A DNA stretch of 63,460 nucleotides, filler included, from Cladosporium halotolerans (Eukaryota), in assembly GCF_011745625.1 (NCBI RefSeq). It is 11 parts of 11 records of this genome, joined end to end, with 100 filler letters (N's around TTAATTAATTAA, not from the genome) between each part and the next. Parts side by side here need not be neighbours in the genome. Positions count along the whole stretch, not along the records: positions 30,231 to 35,792 come from NW_027191665.1; positions 35,893 to 41,377 come from NW_027191666.1; positions 41,478 to 46,937 come from NW_027191667.1; 8 more parts are not named here. One strand, given 5' to 3'. This document shows positions 34,788 to 47,037 of the stretch, in pieces. How positions within the stretch are numbered: position 1 is the stretch's first letter; every line of letters begins with the position of its first letter. The translations under genes and the position numbers were made by a program. The notes below the pieces were generated by a model, which saw only the letters and a list, made by a program, of their open reading frames with translations, was not told the origin of the DNA and did not search any database.

Positions 34788-35693
34788 TCAATACTGAGAT
34801 AGAGTTCGATTTGCGAATCAGCAGTAATCTTGACCAATGCGGTGACATTGATGTGCTATCATTCGAAATGGACCCAACGCCGGACGGAGAGCGCACATAT
34901 CCATGTCCGGTGTGAGTAACTTAGCTGCACATGCAGCGGCGAAATCAGGGCGCGCTACAGAACAGCCAGGAATACGATGAGCCATACGGTAGTCTCGCAC
35001 AAAGCCATCGCTTGACGACGCCGTTTCCACCGACGAGCCCCGACATGGCCGCCTACCCCAGCGTCCAGCAGTCGAGAAAGCTCTGATACCATACGGCAAA
35101 GCCTGTGCACGCCGCACGCCAGCAGGCAACACGGCCCCACCGCCGCAGACGCAGCCTCCACCGCCGATTCGGCATCGAAGATGAGAAAGAGTCGGAAACA
35201 CACGCGTGAGACGCACAAGAACGCGACGAGCTTCCCAGCTCTACCTGAAAGATCCATACACCGAGCTCATGATTGGGGTGTCACATCTGATAAACACCCA
35301 TTACGGACGACCTACGCGCTCGGCCAGGCGGATACAGCACGACAAGCACGGCAGATGTTACTTGTCAGTACATGGCCGCGGATAACTCCGTACACCAGCT
35401 CACACGCGACACGGAAAGAGGCAGACATCAAGGAACACAACCCCAAGAGGTGCAGCAGCTTAGTCAAGCAACTTCACGGCATAAGAAGCGAGCCCATTCG
35501 GCTACGGGTACCTTCTCAAGGTCGGTTTTCGTGCCGGAAGCTCACATAGAGCACCGTGAGGATGATCACAACGCTGGCTCCTTCGCCAACGCGTAAGATG
35601 TGAGCCGAGTGCTTCCGTAACTAGGGCTTCCGCATTCCTGCGGCGGGTAGAACGCTACAGTGCGGGCTGTGCGCGCAACTGCTGAGTGGGAGC

Positions 35694-35792
35694 CAGAGGT
35701 GTGCATAATCAATCAATTCAAGTTTCAGGGCCCTGACTTGATTGATTGCCAAGGATTTTTCAGATTGATTGATTGCTTACTTCACATCGACC
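35694..35792 (+). mobile_element. Same hAT-like TIR terminus as 24149, third insertion
   Basis: Matches 24149-24244. Confidence 0.85.
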
Positions 35793-35892
35793 NNNNNNNN
35801 NNNNNNNNNNNNNNNNNNNNNNNNNNNNNNNNNNNNTTAATTAATTAANNNNNNNNNNNNNNNNNNNNNNNNNNNNNNNNNNNNNNNNNNNN

Positions 35893-38456
35893 AAGGCATA
35901 CTATTGCGAAAGCAGGGAAAGCCTACCTACACAGTCGCGAAAGCATATCGGGTCATCAGCCTACTCAGCTGTCTAGGTAAAGTGGTTGAGAGGGCGATCG
36001 CAACTCGGATTGCCTCGTTCTGCGAGAGGAACGAAATCTTTCATCGAGGGCAGTTTGGCTGCCGTCGAGGAAGAGGAACGTCAGACGCAGTGGCCCAACT
36101 GGTCACCAGAGTCGAAGACGCCTGGTGCAACAAGCGCACCGCCCTTGCGTTGTTCCTTGATGTCAAAGGCGCCTTCGACAGAGTGAACAAAGGACGGCTG
36201 CTGAAGCGGATGATCGAAGTCGGCATTGCCGGTAATATCGTGCGCTGGGTTGATTCATTCCTGACGGATCGGCAGGCGATGCTCGTGATCGACGGACGCA
36301 CAGGCGAGACCCGCAGGGTCCAGGCTGGCCTACCCCAGGGATCACCGGTCTCACCAGTACTTTTCATCCTGTCGGTCAGTGCGATGTTCGGATGGCTGGA
36401 AGACAGGCACCCAAACCTACGATCTATCTCGTTCGTAGACGACATAGGGCTAGTCATAGACTGTGAAGACTTGAAGCAAGGCGCAAGACATCTCGAACTT
36501 ATGGCCAGGGATGCGGTACGGTGGGGCACCAATAACAAAGTCGAGTTCGAAGTCGGCAAGACGGAGGTCCTCTTGTTCAGCAGGCGTCGCAAGGTGCTTC
36601 AAGCGGCGAAAGACGTAGTCGTTCAAATCGGAGAGTTGAGTTTCACGATCAAGCAAGAAGCAACGAAATGGCTAGGCTTCTGGCTCGATCCGAAGCTTTC
36701 GTTCAAGGTACACTTCGAGCGCAGGATGGCGAGCGCCAAAGGCGCTCTGCAGCGGGTGGCTAGCCTCAGCCGAAGCAACGGCGGATTGTCGATCTGCCTA
36801 ATGAGGAGAGCGGTCGTCGTAGCGGTCACATCCGTGGCAATGTACGGGGCGGAAGTCTGGTGGAGAGGCCAGAAGGATCGACTGAGAAAGCTACAACTAC
36901 TATTGAACGGTGAAGCAAGGACCATTACGGGCATGCTCAGATCAACACCACTGGCGTTCCTACAAGAGGCAGTATGTCTGCCGTGCGCCAAAGACCTTCT
37001 CGACCACCGTCAGACTAGATATGCATTACGCGCTCTCAGTGCGGATGGAGACCACCCAACGCATCAGCTCCTGCCTGCAAACTTCCGTTTCGGTGAACTT
37101 CACCGATACGAAGGCGCGATAGGCCAGCCATCCAGCGTCGGCTGGACGAGACTAGAGAAGACACATCGATCGTTCGGAGGCCGACTTGCACAGCAGATCG
37201 TCAGGAACGTCAACTACGATACCGAATACGGATTCGATCTACCTTTCAAAGTTGCTTCATCCGCACCATGCCCGGTGATCCGGACTCAAGGATACTCAGA
37301 CGTGCCGGATAGGATGCTACCTGACCACCCGCGACAACTGACAGTCTTTGTGAGTGCGACCAATGACGTCAGCTACGGAGTAGTGGTGGCATGGAGACAG
37401 CAACGCGGGTGGAAGACAAAGGCCGCGTCGCTGGGCAAGTACATAACACTCCCCGATGCTGCAGTGTTTGCTATCGGCATGGTGGTGAAAGACATCACCC
37501 AGATCCTTCGTCGGGCAGACCGCTGCTTTGCTGAGATCGTGACCGATTCACAGCTCGCAATAGCCGCCATCGAGAACGACAAGGACTGGGCCTTGCCTGT
37601 CATCACAGACATCAGGAGATGGGCACTACGGGCCGAAAACGCAGGTGTTCGAGTGGCCCTGACATGGCTTGCGAGTGACGAAAACATAGAAGGCTACAGA
37701 ATCGCGAGCCTTGCAGCGCAACGAGCCGCACAGCAATATCCTAAATAGATGCGCTCGGCGTCACTGTCTTATGTTGAGCACACCATCAGAGAAAGATGGA
37801 AGCCACAAGGCAAAATCAGTAGAAGCATCAAGGATGCCAAGAAATCGATCGGAGCTCGGTACTTGCAGCTCAAGTCTGGCCACGCGGTCACAGGAGTCTA
37901 CCTTTTGAGAGTTGGCAAGGCCCTCGACGCTCATTGTTGGTGGTGTGGGGCAATCGAGCAGTCAGTCAGACATCTACTACTCCAATGCAGAAGATGGCGA
38001 AGGCAGCGAGATGCTATGCTACGGGGGCTGAACAGCAAGAAGGTCTCGATCAGCGAAAGGAGAGATAGAGCCGACCTGCAGACTCTGTTCGGAGCAGAGG
38101 CCGCGGCAGAAGTGCTTCAGTTCCTCGACGATACAGAGGTGGGCAAGAAAATGCCTGGAGAAAGTGCCCAAGATGATTCGTGGGATATTGAACGACTAGA
38201 TCGGGGCGTTGGGGAGGGAGAGATGGCGGATGAGAGCGGGCATGGATGAGAGGACGGACGAGGAGGGACGATGACAGGAACGTAGGAGGGCGGTAAGCCC
38301 GAAAGCTGTGGCGGCTCGGTGGAGTCGGGACGGCGAGCATAACTGTATTGTAAACGGTCGACGCGAGAGCACACCAGGATGCCATAGAAGTCGTCGAGAA
38401 GATAGCCGACGTGCCATAAGCTATTTAGCTTGAATGCAATATGAAAAAAAAAAAAT
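35893..38456 (+). mobile_element. Tad1-clade LINE ORF2 (RT, RNase H-like domain, knuckle) with one premature stop, 3' UTR and poly(A)
   Basis: YRVISLL, LDVKGAFD, GLPQGSPVSP, SFVDD; TAG at 37746-37748 where relatives have E; CWWC...HLLLQC; ends AGCTTGAATGCAATATG(A)n. Confidence 0.95.
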
Positions 38457-38626
38457 CAAAATTGGAATGTGTAGTCATGTATGGATATGACCAGGAGCGC
38501 AACATAGCTGCTTGCGTACTTCCCCACGACATCGTCCTTTTCCTCAAATCTATCTCTACCTTGCTTGTAAACTGTAGCCTCAAGCTCTCTTCGACATCCT
38601 GCCGACTAGGGCTATCGGATCACAGC

Positions 38627-38988
38627 CTATGGATAGACATGCCTAGTCGTAAGATGGTTTCCCTGTGAGTCCTTATAGAGAACGGTGAAGTGTGGATAAG
38701 AGTCTTTCTGGCTAGGATGCTCGCTCTCGCTAGTGCATAGATTAATGAAGATGATCTGGACCATAAGCTATGGCACGAGGTACGAGTGAACACTTACGCC
38801 ATGATAGCCGTCGCTGCGTTGGCAGGGACGTCTGCCTTAGCCATAGCCGAGACGAAGTTGTTCTGGATTTCCGGCGCAAGGTAGGTGCGTTTCCAATCGC
38901 CAGTCTCTTTGGCGATCATGAGCGAGAGCTGTCGCCCACCCACTGTGATCGTCCGGACGAAGGTGCTTGTAACGACCTGAAGAACCAT
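38627..38988 (-). CDS. Small 97-aa hypothetical protein (exons 38988-38798 and 38729-38627)
   Basis: GTAAGT...CTAG intron gives an exact 294-nt CDS ending ESEHPSQKDSYPHFTVLYKDSQGNHLTTRHVYP*. TATA-like ATAAATATAG ~90 bp upstream. Confidence 0.75.
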
Positions 38989-39510
38989 GTTGGAAAAGTA
39001 TTGTTGGTAGTGTGGTCTTTGAAAAAATTGTAATGATGATGATTTTAAGTGACTTGAAGAAGAAATAAGAGCGACGGGGCTATATTTATGTTTCCAGCGC
39101 TACGCCGCGCTTCACATCAGCTGTCCAGCACGCCCTTGATAATGCTGTTACAGGAAGCGCTCATCAACGAGATGTAACCAATGCCATCGACAGTAGTAGA
39201 CTCATGCAGTCCTGAAACGAAGAAGACAACCAACCGATGATCGATCTGGTTGTTCCAGAACCACGTTGCGCGTCTACATCGTGGCTATGTCGTCGAGTGC
39301 TAGATAACTGGATGCGGGCGTCTCCCGTCATCCAAATTGATGTCACGCTGCAATACGCTAAGCTCAAGACGGTTAGGGGCGGATGACGGGCGCTAAAGCA
39401 CCGGCGCGTATACAGCGGCTAGAAACATTCAAACACGTTACATTCGTCAACCGTGCATCCGACAAAGTGCCTCAAAAATCTCGCAATTACGGCATTCTAG
39501 CCTGGCACCT

Positions 39511-40680
39511 ATGTCTTTTCTCCGAGTACGATCACACATTCATCACCTAAGCTGTTCGATTGGTGTTCGAATGATTTCCACCGTCACTGGCGACACTGGT
39601 CGCGTCTACACAAATGGCACGCTCATCAGGCGACATCCTCAGGATAGGGAACTGGACATCTACAAAGCCGAGTGAGATCTAACTTGGATACTTCTGTACA
39701 TGGCTGCTAACATCGAGTAGATCCGCTGGCCAGAGCTTCATTCTGAAGCACGTATCTGAACGTTTCTTTCTTACATCTCAGCAGATCGCGGATGACTTTC
39801 CGTCTACCAAACGACTACGTGTGCATACAGACGTCAGCAGAAAAGAATCGGTCTTGGTGTACCCCTATTTCCGGGACACTCTTCTGGCCCTCATGAAAAA
39901 GGACCCCGAGTTCCCTCCACCGCAAAGACTAAAGATAATGCGAGCGGTGGCAGAGGCAGTGGCGGAGTTGCATGCAAAAGATTGGGTCCATTCCGGTATG
40001 TTATATTAGTGGCGGACGTCACGTGCGCTAGGTTGACAAGAGCCCGCAGATATCAAACCCGACAACGTCCTAGTCGACTGGACAGAGGATGATGGGAAGA
40101 AAGTTGTTACCAGTGTCGTGCTGGGCGATTTTGACCTCGCCTGTAAATTGAATGAAGGCGAAAGTCGACTGACGCGACATGCCATAGGGAATGCGATGTG
40201 GCGAAGTCCTGAGGCACAGACAGGGGTAACAGGCCGAGCATCTGACGTTTACTCATTGGGTCTAGTTGTAAGTCAGGCGTGCTCCTCTTGCAGGGATGGC
40301 CCTAACGCGTTTCCCAGTTCTGCTACATACTTGGAGCTGGAGAGTTGTTATTACTAGACAATTACCAGGACTTGCTGAAAGCAGGCATCACGCCAGAGCA
40401 AGAAGTGCTTACTCGCCATTTCGCCTACTTCGGACCTGTTCCGGAGAGTCTATACACACACATCCCTGATGAAGCTTGGAAGACTGCCTTGCGCAGTGCA
40501 GCTCAGGCGGCTGATCTTGAAGTTACTGAGAGGCCTGGGCTCAGACTGCGGATCTGGGGTCAACAGATGACCCATCTAACCTTGGAGTTGCTCTCTAAAA
40601 CTAACAATCTCGACCCCGGGGCTCGCCCAACGGTTCGACAAGTGCTCGAACACTCTTTCTGGGACGATGCTGCGAAGTGA
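39511..40680 (+). CDS. Ser/Thr protein kinase-like gene, 4 exons
   Basis: FILK, HS|DIKPDN, GDFDLA, GNAMWRSPE, SDVYSLG, LDPGARPT..VLEH. Three GT-AG introns preserve the frame. Confidence 0.88.
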
Positions 40681-41280
40681 TCGAGTCAGCCAGACTTATC
40701 TCGAGCGATCACTTCGTGCTCAACATTGCTTAGCTGTCGATCTTGTCTAGAGTTCAAGAATCTCTGGTCAATCGTGGACGCCGTGTGAGTTTGATGTAAA
40801 TAGGAAGAGACAAGTGCGTCGTCGACTGCTGTGTGCTGTCTCAAATCAAAGGCGTCGATGGTACCCTTGTCCATTAATGAGCATCTAAGTTACCCTGTAC
40901 TTGTCCATTAAGAAAATTCCTGTCCTTTAATCCATTGTCTCTAAGTGGTATGCAATAGGTGCCTTGGCAAACGTAGTTCTCGGAAGAAATGTGAACATGC
41001 TTGAGGTGTAATACACTCGACAGTGTCTTCTAATCACGCGACCCTCGATACGTATTGAAAATCAACAGTCCTCTGGAGCATGGGGCTGCACAGCAACTCT
41101 TATCATATGCTATAGTGAGATCATGCTTCCATCACGCGACTCCAGCGGAGTTCCCACGCCTCCCATGCTGTATCTTGTCCCCACGCGGACTACCATGCCC
41201 CGCTCTGTTTCGCGGCGCGACTACCACGTTAGGGTTAGGGGTTAAATTTTATGAACACTATGTAAGCTAGCAGACGCAAA

Positions 41281-41377
41281 CAGGGTGTTCATCAGACAGA
41301 CACAGACAGACTGTCTGTCTGTCTGATCACGTAATCAGACAAACAGACATCGGCAAAGTCATTATATAAGCAGACCA
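41281..41377 (+). mobile_element. Opposite (left) terminus of the hAT family seen at 6136-7562
   Basis: CAGGGTGTTCATCAGACAGAC matches the TIR ending at 7562, then diverges. Confidence 0.85.
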
Positions 41378-44299
41378 NNNNNNNNNNNNNNNNNNNNNNN
41401 NNNNNNNNNNNNNNNNNNNNNTTAATTAATTAANNNNNNNNNNNNNNNNNNNNNNNNNNNNNNNNNNNNNNNNNNNNCCAGGCAGCAGCAGCCAAAGCCA
41501 TTGCTGGGATATAAGGGTAGCAAGGTCATAAACATCAGTCGCTGTCGGGAGAAAAGAAGCTCAGGATCTGTGGTGAATTATGTTGACTTGTCGCCAGGCA
41601 GTAAGATCTCCCGTCTAGTGGATGCTTTGTCGATCTGCCCTTCTTTGAGGTTTGAGCCTAACATTCTCGCAAATGGCTTCGAGGCATTACAGAGAAGACA
41701 GAATGATGCGAAGAAGCGGACCTGGTCATCACCGAACACCAAAAAGATGTCTCCTCAGGGTCATTGTCCGCAGTGCCTGCTGGCATATGTGACGTAATGA
41801 TAGAGGTGAAGTGGCTAAAGCACGCTGATGGAATTCTGAGACCATGCGTTACTTGCTTCAGAGACGCTGATCGATGATGCAAGCAGAAATCTTCTTCTTC
41901 CAAGTGGCTCATCAATGTCAGAAGAGTTGGCGTGATCCAAGTGTGACATAGAATTACGCCTTACTCTGCAGGTATGTTATTGAAGTTTGGGATGATTTCG
42001 CTACTTTCTTAGGCATTGATGGGAAGATCTCGGCGGATATAGACTACAATCCTTTCTATGATTGAATGTTTCGAATAGTCACTGGACTTTGTCGCATTCT
42101 GCTAGAAGTGGCCATTTCGTAAATTCTTTAGAGGTCAGGGCGTCGAGGTATACAACAGCCGACTTATTTCGCACGATGCCGTAAGGCGAGCCCGCTCCCA
42201 GTCCCGCCATCGAAAGCACACATGCAAGGGTGCTAACCGACATTGGGAAAGACCGGTGTTAGCTCAGACTTAGAAGACGCAGATGATTTTTGCACTAGCG
42301 CTATCCTAGGCGAGCCCTGCTCAAAATCGAGGGGCGGAGACTCCTGCCGACTGAGTTGTAGCCCGGGCTTTTCAGTTGGTCGGATCGCATGCTAATGCCC
42401 TGATATTTCCAGCAGCAATCCCAGAAGCCCAGTCTTAGCTCGCCGAACTTCGATACTGAAGACCGTCATCAAACAACCAGGACTACTCACACTGCGCTCA
42501 AGACTGGACGAAATTCCAAAAGCTCATGATGTAAGATGTTCAATCCTAAACTGACTCGGAAGATCAAACGATAGATCCGAACGGCGGTAACAAATCAGAC
42601 GCTCACGCATCGAGATAAGGCAGGGCGTCTGGAGCTTGATTGCCGCTAGCCTTGCAGATATCAAGAACTAGGATCTAATCCGTTGAGGGATTGCCAGAAT
42701 CTGATTCGCCAGGGTAAGGGGTCCACTAAGCCACACGCGATACAGACAGGACATGATCGTAATGAAATAAACTGTCACGTTTTAGCTTCACCCATGTGCA
42801 TATATGCACGAACTAAATCCTGTTGCTCCGGGGCGGAGGCCACCCAGCCGGCTCGCGCGGTACAGATAGCCTAGGCCCGGTTCACAAGGCTGGCAGAGGT
42901 ATCGAAGCCCTAGACTGGACGCATGCAATTCGCGTACCTCGCAAATGGGCGTCTGACATCCCTCGTACTATCTAGATGCCTAAGATGCATGTCCACGCAT
43001 GCGCGCCTCGTACCGCTGTCGCTTGTATAGGAGCAAAGAAGACGGGTTATGTCTGTAAGTGTTCATTCAGTCAGGGATCGAGCGTTCTCAAACCTAGCAA
43101 TGGGAATCGAGACCGGGCAAGCCTGGTTTCAGATTGAAGACGACTCCAAACAAACGTGGTGGGCACATCTAACATTGGAGGCGCAATCATTGCTAGGATA
43201 AGGTTCGTTCTCCGAGCAGTTTCCAGCTGACTACTGAAGACCGACTAGTCCATTAGATATGCGCTTAACTCACATGCAGCCCGTGTCATCGCCATGGTAG
43301 ACATCAGGGATTAACTTTGCACTTACGCGTGTGGCTCAATCCTTGAGGGCCTGCTCGTGACGTCGCCAGCTTCATTTACGGCACTGATTGGTGTAGATCC
43401 CAGGCGAAAAGCTTCGAGGCGGCTTCTTGGCAAGATGACTTGCACGAGAGTCGTGGTGCCAAGTTCGGACGAACGAAGGTGCGGATAACATTCTTACGTT
43501 GTCACGCGGCGTCACGCAGCCAGTCTGCGGGTTGTCCGTCTCCCGCCGACGGCGTCTGGTGGTGCCAGGCTTGGTCCCTTACGAAGCTCGTAAGTCCTAA
43601 TCCGGGTCAAGTTCGACATCATCGGCCGCATCTTGGATGAACCAGGGTCCAAGTAAAAACGATTGAGACACACAGTTGGCTGCCCCCCTACGTACGTCCC
43701 GCCGTGCTGCGGCACCTCTGCGGGGTCTGAGACCGCGATGTCATGGGAATTGTTCGACAGATCGATCTGCGCGGCAGCGTGTTCGATCAACGTGCGGATC
43801 ACCAGCGATCCATTTTTCTTGGCTATTGAAACCCTGCACTGCGTGTTCCGGCTATGCATTAGCACGGAGATTGACGGTTGCGCCATCCTCGTGGTTATGT
43901 CTAGCAGTAGGCTCTGCAAGAATGTCACGATCTTCAAATTTTTTCCGCTATGGAAAGTTACACCAGGAACAACGCACCATATGATTACATCTCCGTTAGT
44001 GATGGAGAGTCCGCGCTCTTCTTTACCACTCTATTATCCCATCCGATAGCTCTTCTTCATATCTTTCGCCTTTCTGGCCCGGAAACAACTGTTGTCCTTA
44101 GTATGAATCATGGTTTCAGCACTCCGGCTGAAAAAAATGCCGACAATATCGATGAAACAATATTCCCCTGATCAGCTACGAGAAGAAGCCCTTCGCTTAC
44201 AGTCTATCGTCTGGTAAAAGCCATTAAAGTGTCCTTTTCGAGGCTAAGATCGCCGGGTTTGAATTTGTACTACGCAATTGTCATAGACCTTAGTGAATC

Positions 44300-46560
44300 T
44301 CACATCAATCTAGAGTGTAGTGCATGCTCCGTCGACCTCAGCTTTCGGCCGCCGATGTGAGTGTTTGGGAGGACATGGTACGCTTCCACAAGGTAGCTCA
44401 GTCTGCGAGCCATGACAGCGTCCATGATCTTGCCAATCGTGTTCGAAAAAGCTATTGGACGATATGCCTTCGGTATCGTGTAGTTGTCCTTTCCTGGTTT
44501 TCGCAGTACCACAGTAATCGAAGAGCGAAAATGCGCCGGGCAGTAGCCAGTGTGCAAGCTCTGGTTGAAGACGCTTGTCAGGTGGCCCACTATGATGTCC
44601 GCCGCCGCTTGTAAAGCACGGTTCGGTAAACCATCTGGACCGGGTGCTTTTAGAGGCGACGTTGATTTGATGGCTTTCAATATCTCCTTCTCGGTTATCG
44701 GTGGTAGAATGATCTGTTCGGCGTACTGTGCGTCTTGCATGTCTTCTAGATCGGCCGCTGGTGGTCTAGTGAAGAAGGTGCGTCTTGAATATTTCTGCCT
44801 TTTCGCTTACTTCAGTGACCTCACTCCCAGTCTGTGGACACCGCAACGATGGCGTCACGCTTGGTGGCAGTGTCTCTATGCCTCTGGCCCACTTGGCTAT
44901 CTTCCAGAGAGCCTCCAGGAGTTCGATGCTGCTGCGACCTTCTCCCTGCGCGCCGTCTGTAAAGCTTTCCTAATGATCCTTGCCTTCCTGTTCCTCGCCG
45001 CACAATAAGCCTCCCAGATTTGATCTGTATGATCTCTATAGTGTGCTCGGCGCAGTCGCTTCGACTCTGCCAGTACCCGAGTGCACTCGTCGCTCCAGCC
45101 TTCTCTTGCCTTTGGTGAGAGTCGTGCTCTTGGCAGTACCTTTTCGACCGCCTCATGGACTGCCTTACGATCATAGTTGTGTATCGGTCAAGCGCGGTCT
45201 TGGTTCTGGGTCGTCGTCGTTGCGGTAGAGTTTGTCGGAGCGCTTCCCAAAGCTTCTTGTCGTCCAGTCTCTTCCGATTCCTCCTCGGCCCTTCGTCCAG
45301 CTTTTTGGCACTCAGATTTAAGACGGTAGTAATTGGCAAGTGAACCGTGTCGTGGTCAAGTTCTTTGTTCACTTCGCTTCTGATAAGCCTGTCGAGAAGA
45401 CCTAGGGTGATAGCATAAATCGATAGTCGTTTGGGCATTGCGTTCCGCGTACGCCACTGACCCCTGTTGGAGTGTGTTTGTCATGCCGAAGCGCTCCATG
45501 ATGACAATGAGCTCTTCGGCCTCCTGATCTTCCTGGACCACTCGATCTCCGCCCTACGAGCGATGGTGGAGTCATAGGGTACCGCTTGCTCGTCCCGCTC
45601 GTATCTCTCGAGAAGCGTACAGATTAGAGGCAAGACACTCTCGCGGTTTTCTGATGCTAGGCCAGGGTTGTAGATATTGTGAACGTGTAGCCGCCCCTGT
45701 GTTTGGATTCCTGCCTCGCAATGGATATGGAGCGAGCACACGTCTTTCGTACACCACTCGAATTGCCACTTCGTGTTGTCGAGTCCTTTGTTAACAAAGA
45801 AGCATAACCTGGCGAGTCCATCTTCCACAGCTTCCGGGAAGCAAAGGTGAAAGCGATCTTTAGCGGGGTGGTGTGTTCTTGTCAAGAACGTCGATGATCT
45901 TGTTTGCGTCTTCCGGCCGAGTGAACTCAATGATTGCCGACGATGCCGACTTGCTACAGGCATTTCTGGTCAGCCAGCCCAAATATTGAATCTCCGCTTG
46001 TGTTATGAACGGTCGATTGTCGTATAGGATATTCTTCCGGATCTCTTCAAATTTGTCCATTTCCATGGTGCTGGTGCGGATGCCGTGTACGAAGACGCTA
46101 TACGTCGGGTTGCGGATGTCCGCCCCGTTACCGACTCGGCAAACCCAGTCGTCTGCGAACTGTCTGAGTGCCTGTGTCTCTGAGGTAGTAGCTATTCTGA
46201 GGCTCAAGTCACCGCTCTTCAGGTGGTTGGAGGACATTATCTTCACATGCGCAATGTGTTCATTCTGACTCTGTTCGAGGGCGCGTTCGATGTGGGACTT
46301 CAGGTTACGCAGGTTCATGGCTCGCAGTTTTGAGATGGTCAATGGGTTTCTGATGCTCACGATGACTTCGCGTTGGGCTTGAAGGGAAGCGGCTTTGGCC
46401 CCATGTGCACTTAGGCGTTCCCGAAGCAAGCACTCCATTTGCTGCGACTGCTGCATAGCTCATATGTCCGTGTGTTCTGATGGAAAGCGTCTTATCTTTC
46501 AGCTGCAGATGCGAAACGTCATTTGCAGCCAATCCTTGAGCTGTCGCTTCCCGGCCCGTA
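44300..46560 (-). mobile_element. Degenerate, internally deleted Tad1-clade LINE (third family)
   Basis: ORF1 LKSGDLSL...VHGIRT...IIEFTRPEDANKII; APE HVHNIYNP, TTIDL; RT KAPGPDGLPN, AYRPIA, HIGGRKLRSTEHA. Multiple frameshifts. Confidence 0.88.
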
Positions 46561-46569
46561 ACAGCAGAC

Positions 46570-46937
46570 ATCTTAAAACCCTTGAACACCAAAGACTCTA
46601 CCTGAAATTAAGCAGCAAAGTCAGCTGGTACTAACAAAGAGTCGCAAAGGAAAGAAGTCGTCAGCTTCTTCAGCTGAAAACTCTTTTCATCAGCTTCTGG
46701 AAGGCTTTGAGATTGCAGTGTATAACAAGGCACTTTTGATGGCTGAAGTGGCTCCTCTTTGAGCTGAGAATCAGTACCAAAAACAGGAGAGAGCACGTCA
46801 AAAAGGTCTATTCGACAAGATAGATCTATGGCTGTCCACAATCTCAGAGTCATGTGTTTGAGGAGCAACCAAAGGATAATGACGAGAACATTGATCCAGT
46901 CTTGCTGAACTGGGCGCTCAGAAGTGCTCGCAAAAAG
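46570..46937 (+). pseudogene. Pogo/Fot1 transposase C-terminal remnant
   Basis: TPKTLPEIKQQ...FHQLLEGFEIAVYNKALLMAEVAPL*AENQYQKQERARQK resembles the Fot1 C-terminal helical region. Confidence 0.6.
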
Positions 46938-47037
46938 NNNNNNNNNNNNNNNNNNNNNNNNNNNNNNNNNNNNNNNNNNNNTTAATTAATTAANNNNNNN
47001 NNNNNNNNNNNNNNNNNNNNNNNNNNNNNNNNNNNNN

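Noticed and set aside
37746..37748. Programmed stop-codon readthrough in LINE ORF2
   Set aside because: Other copies have a sense codon here (QQPKEMRS, QQPKTMRS), so this is an ordinary nonsense mutation
38281..38320. Hammerhead ribozyme in the LINE 3' UTR
   Set aside because: No CUGANGA core or stem I, and one copy has AAAA instead of GAAA
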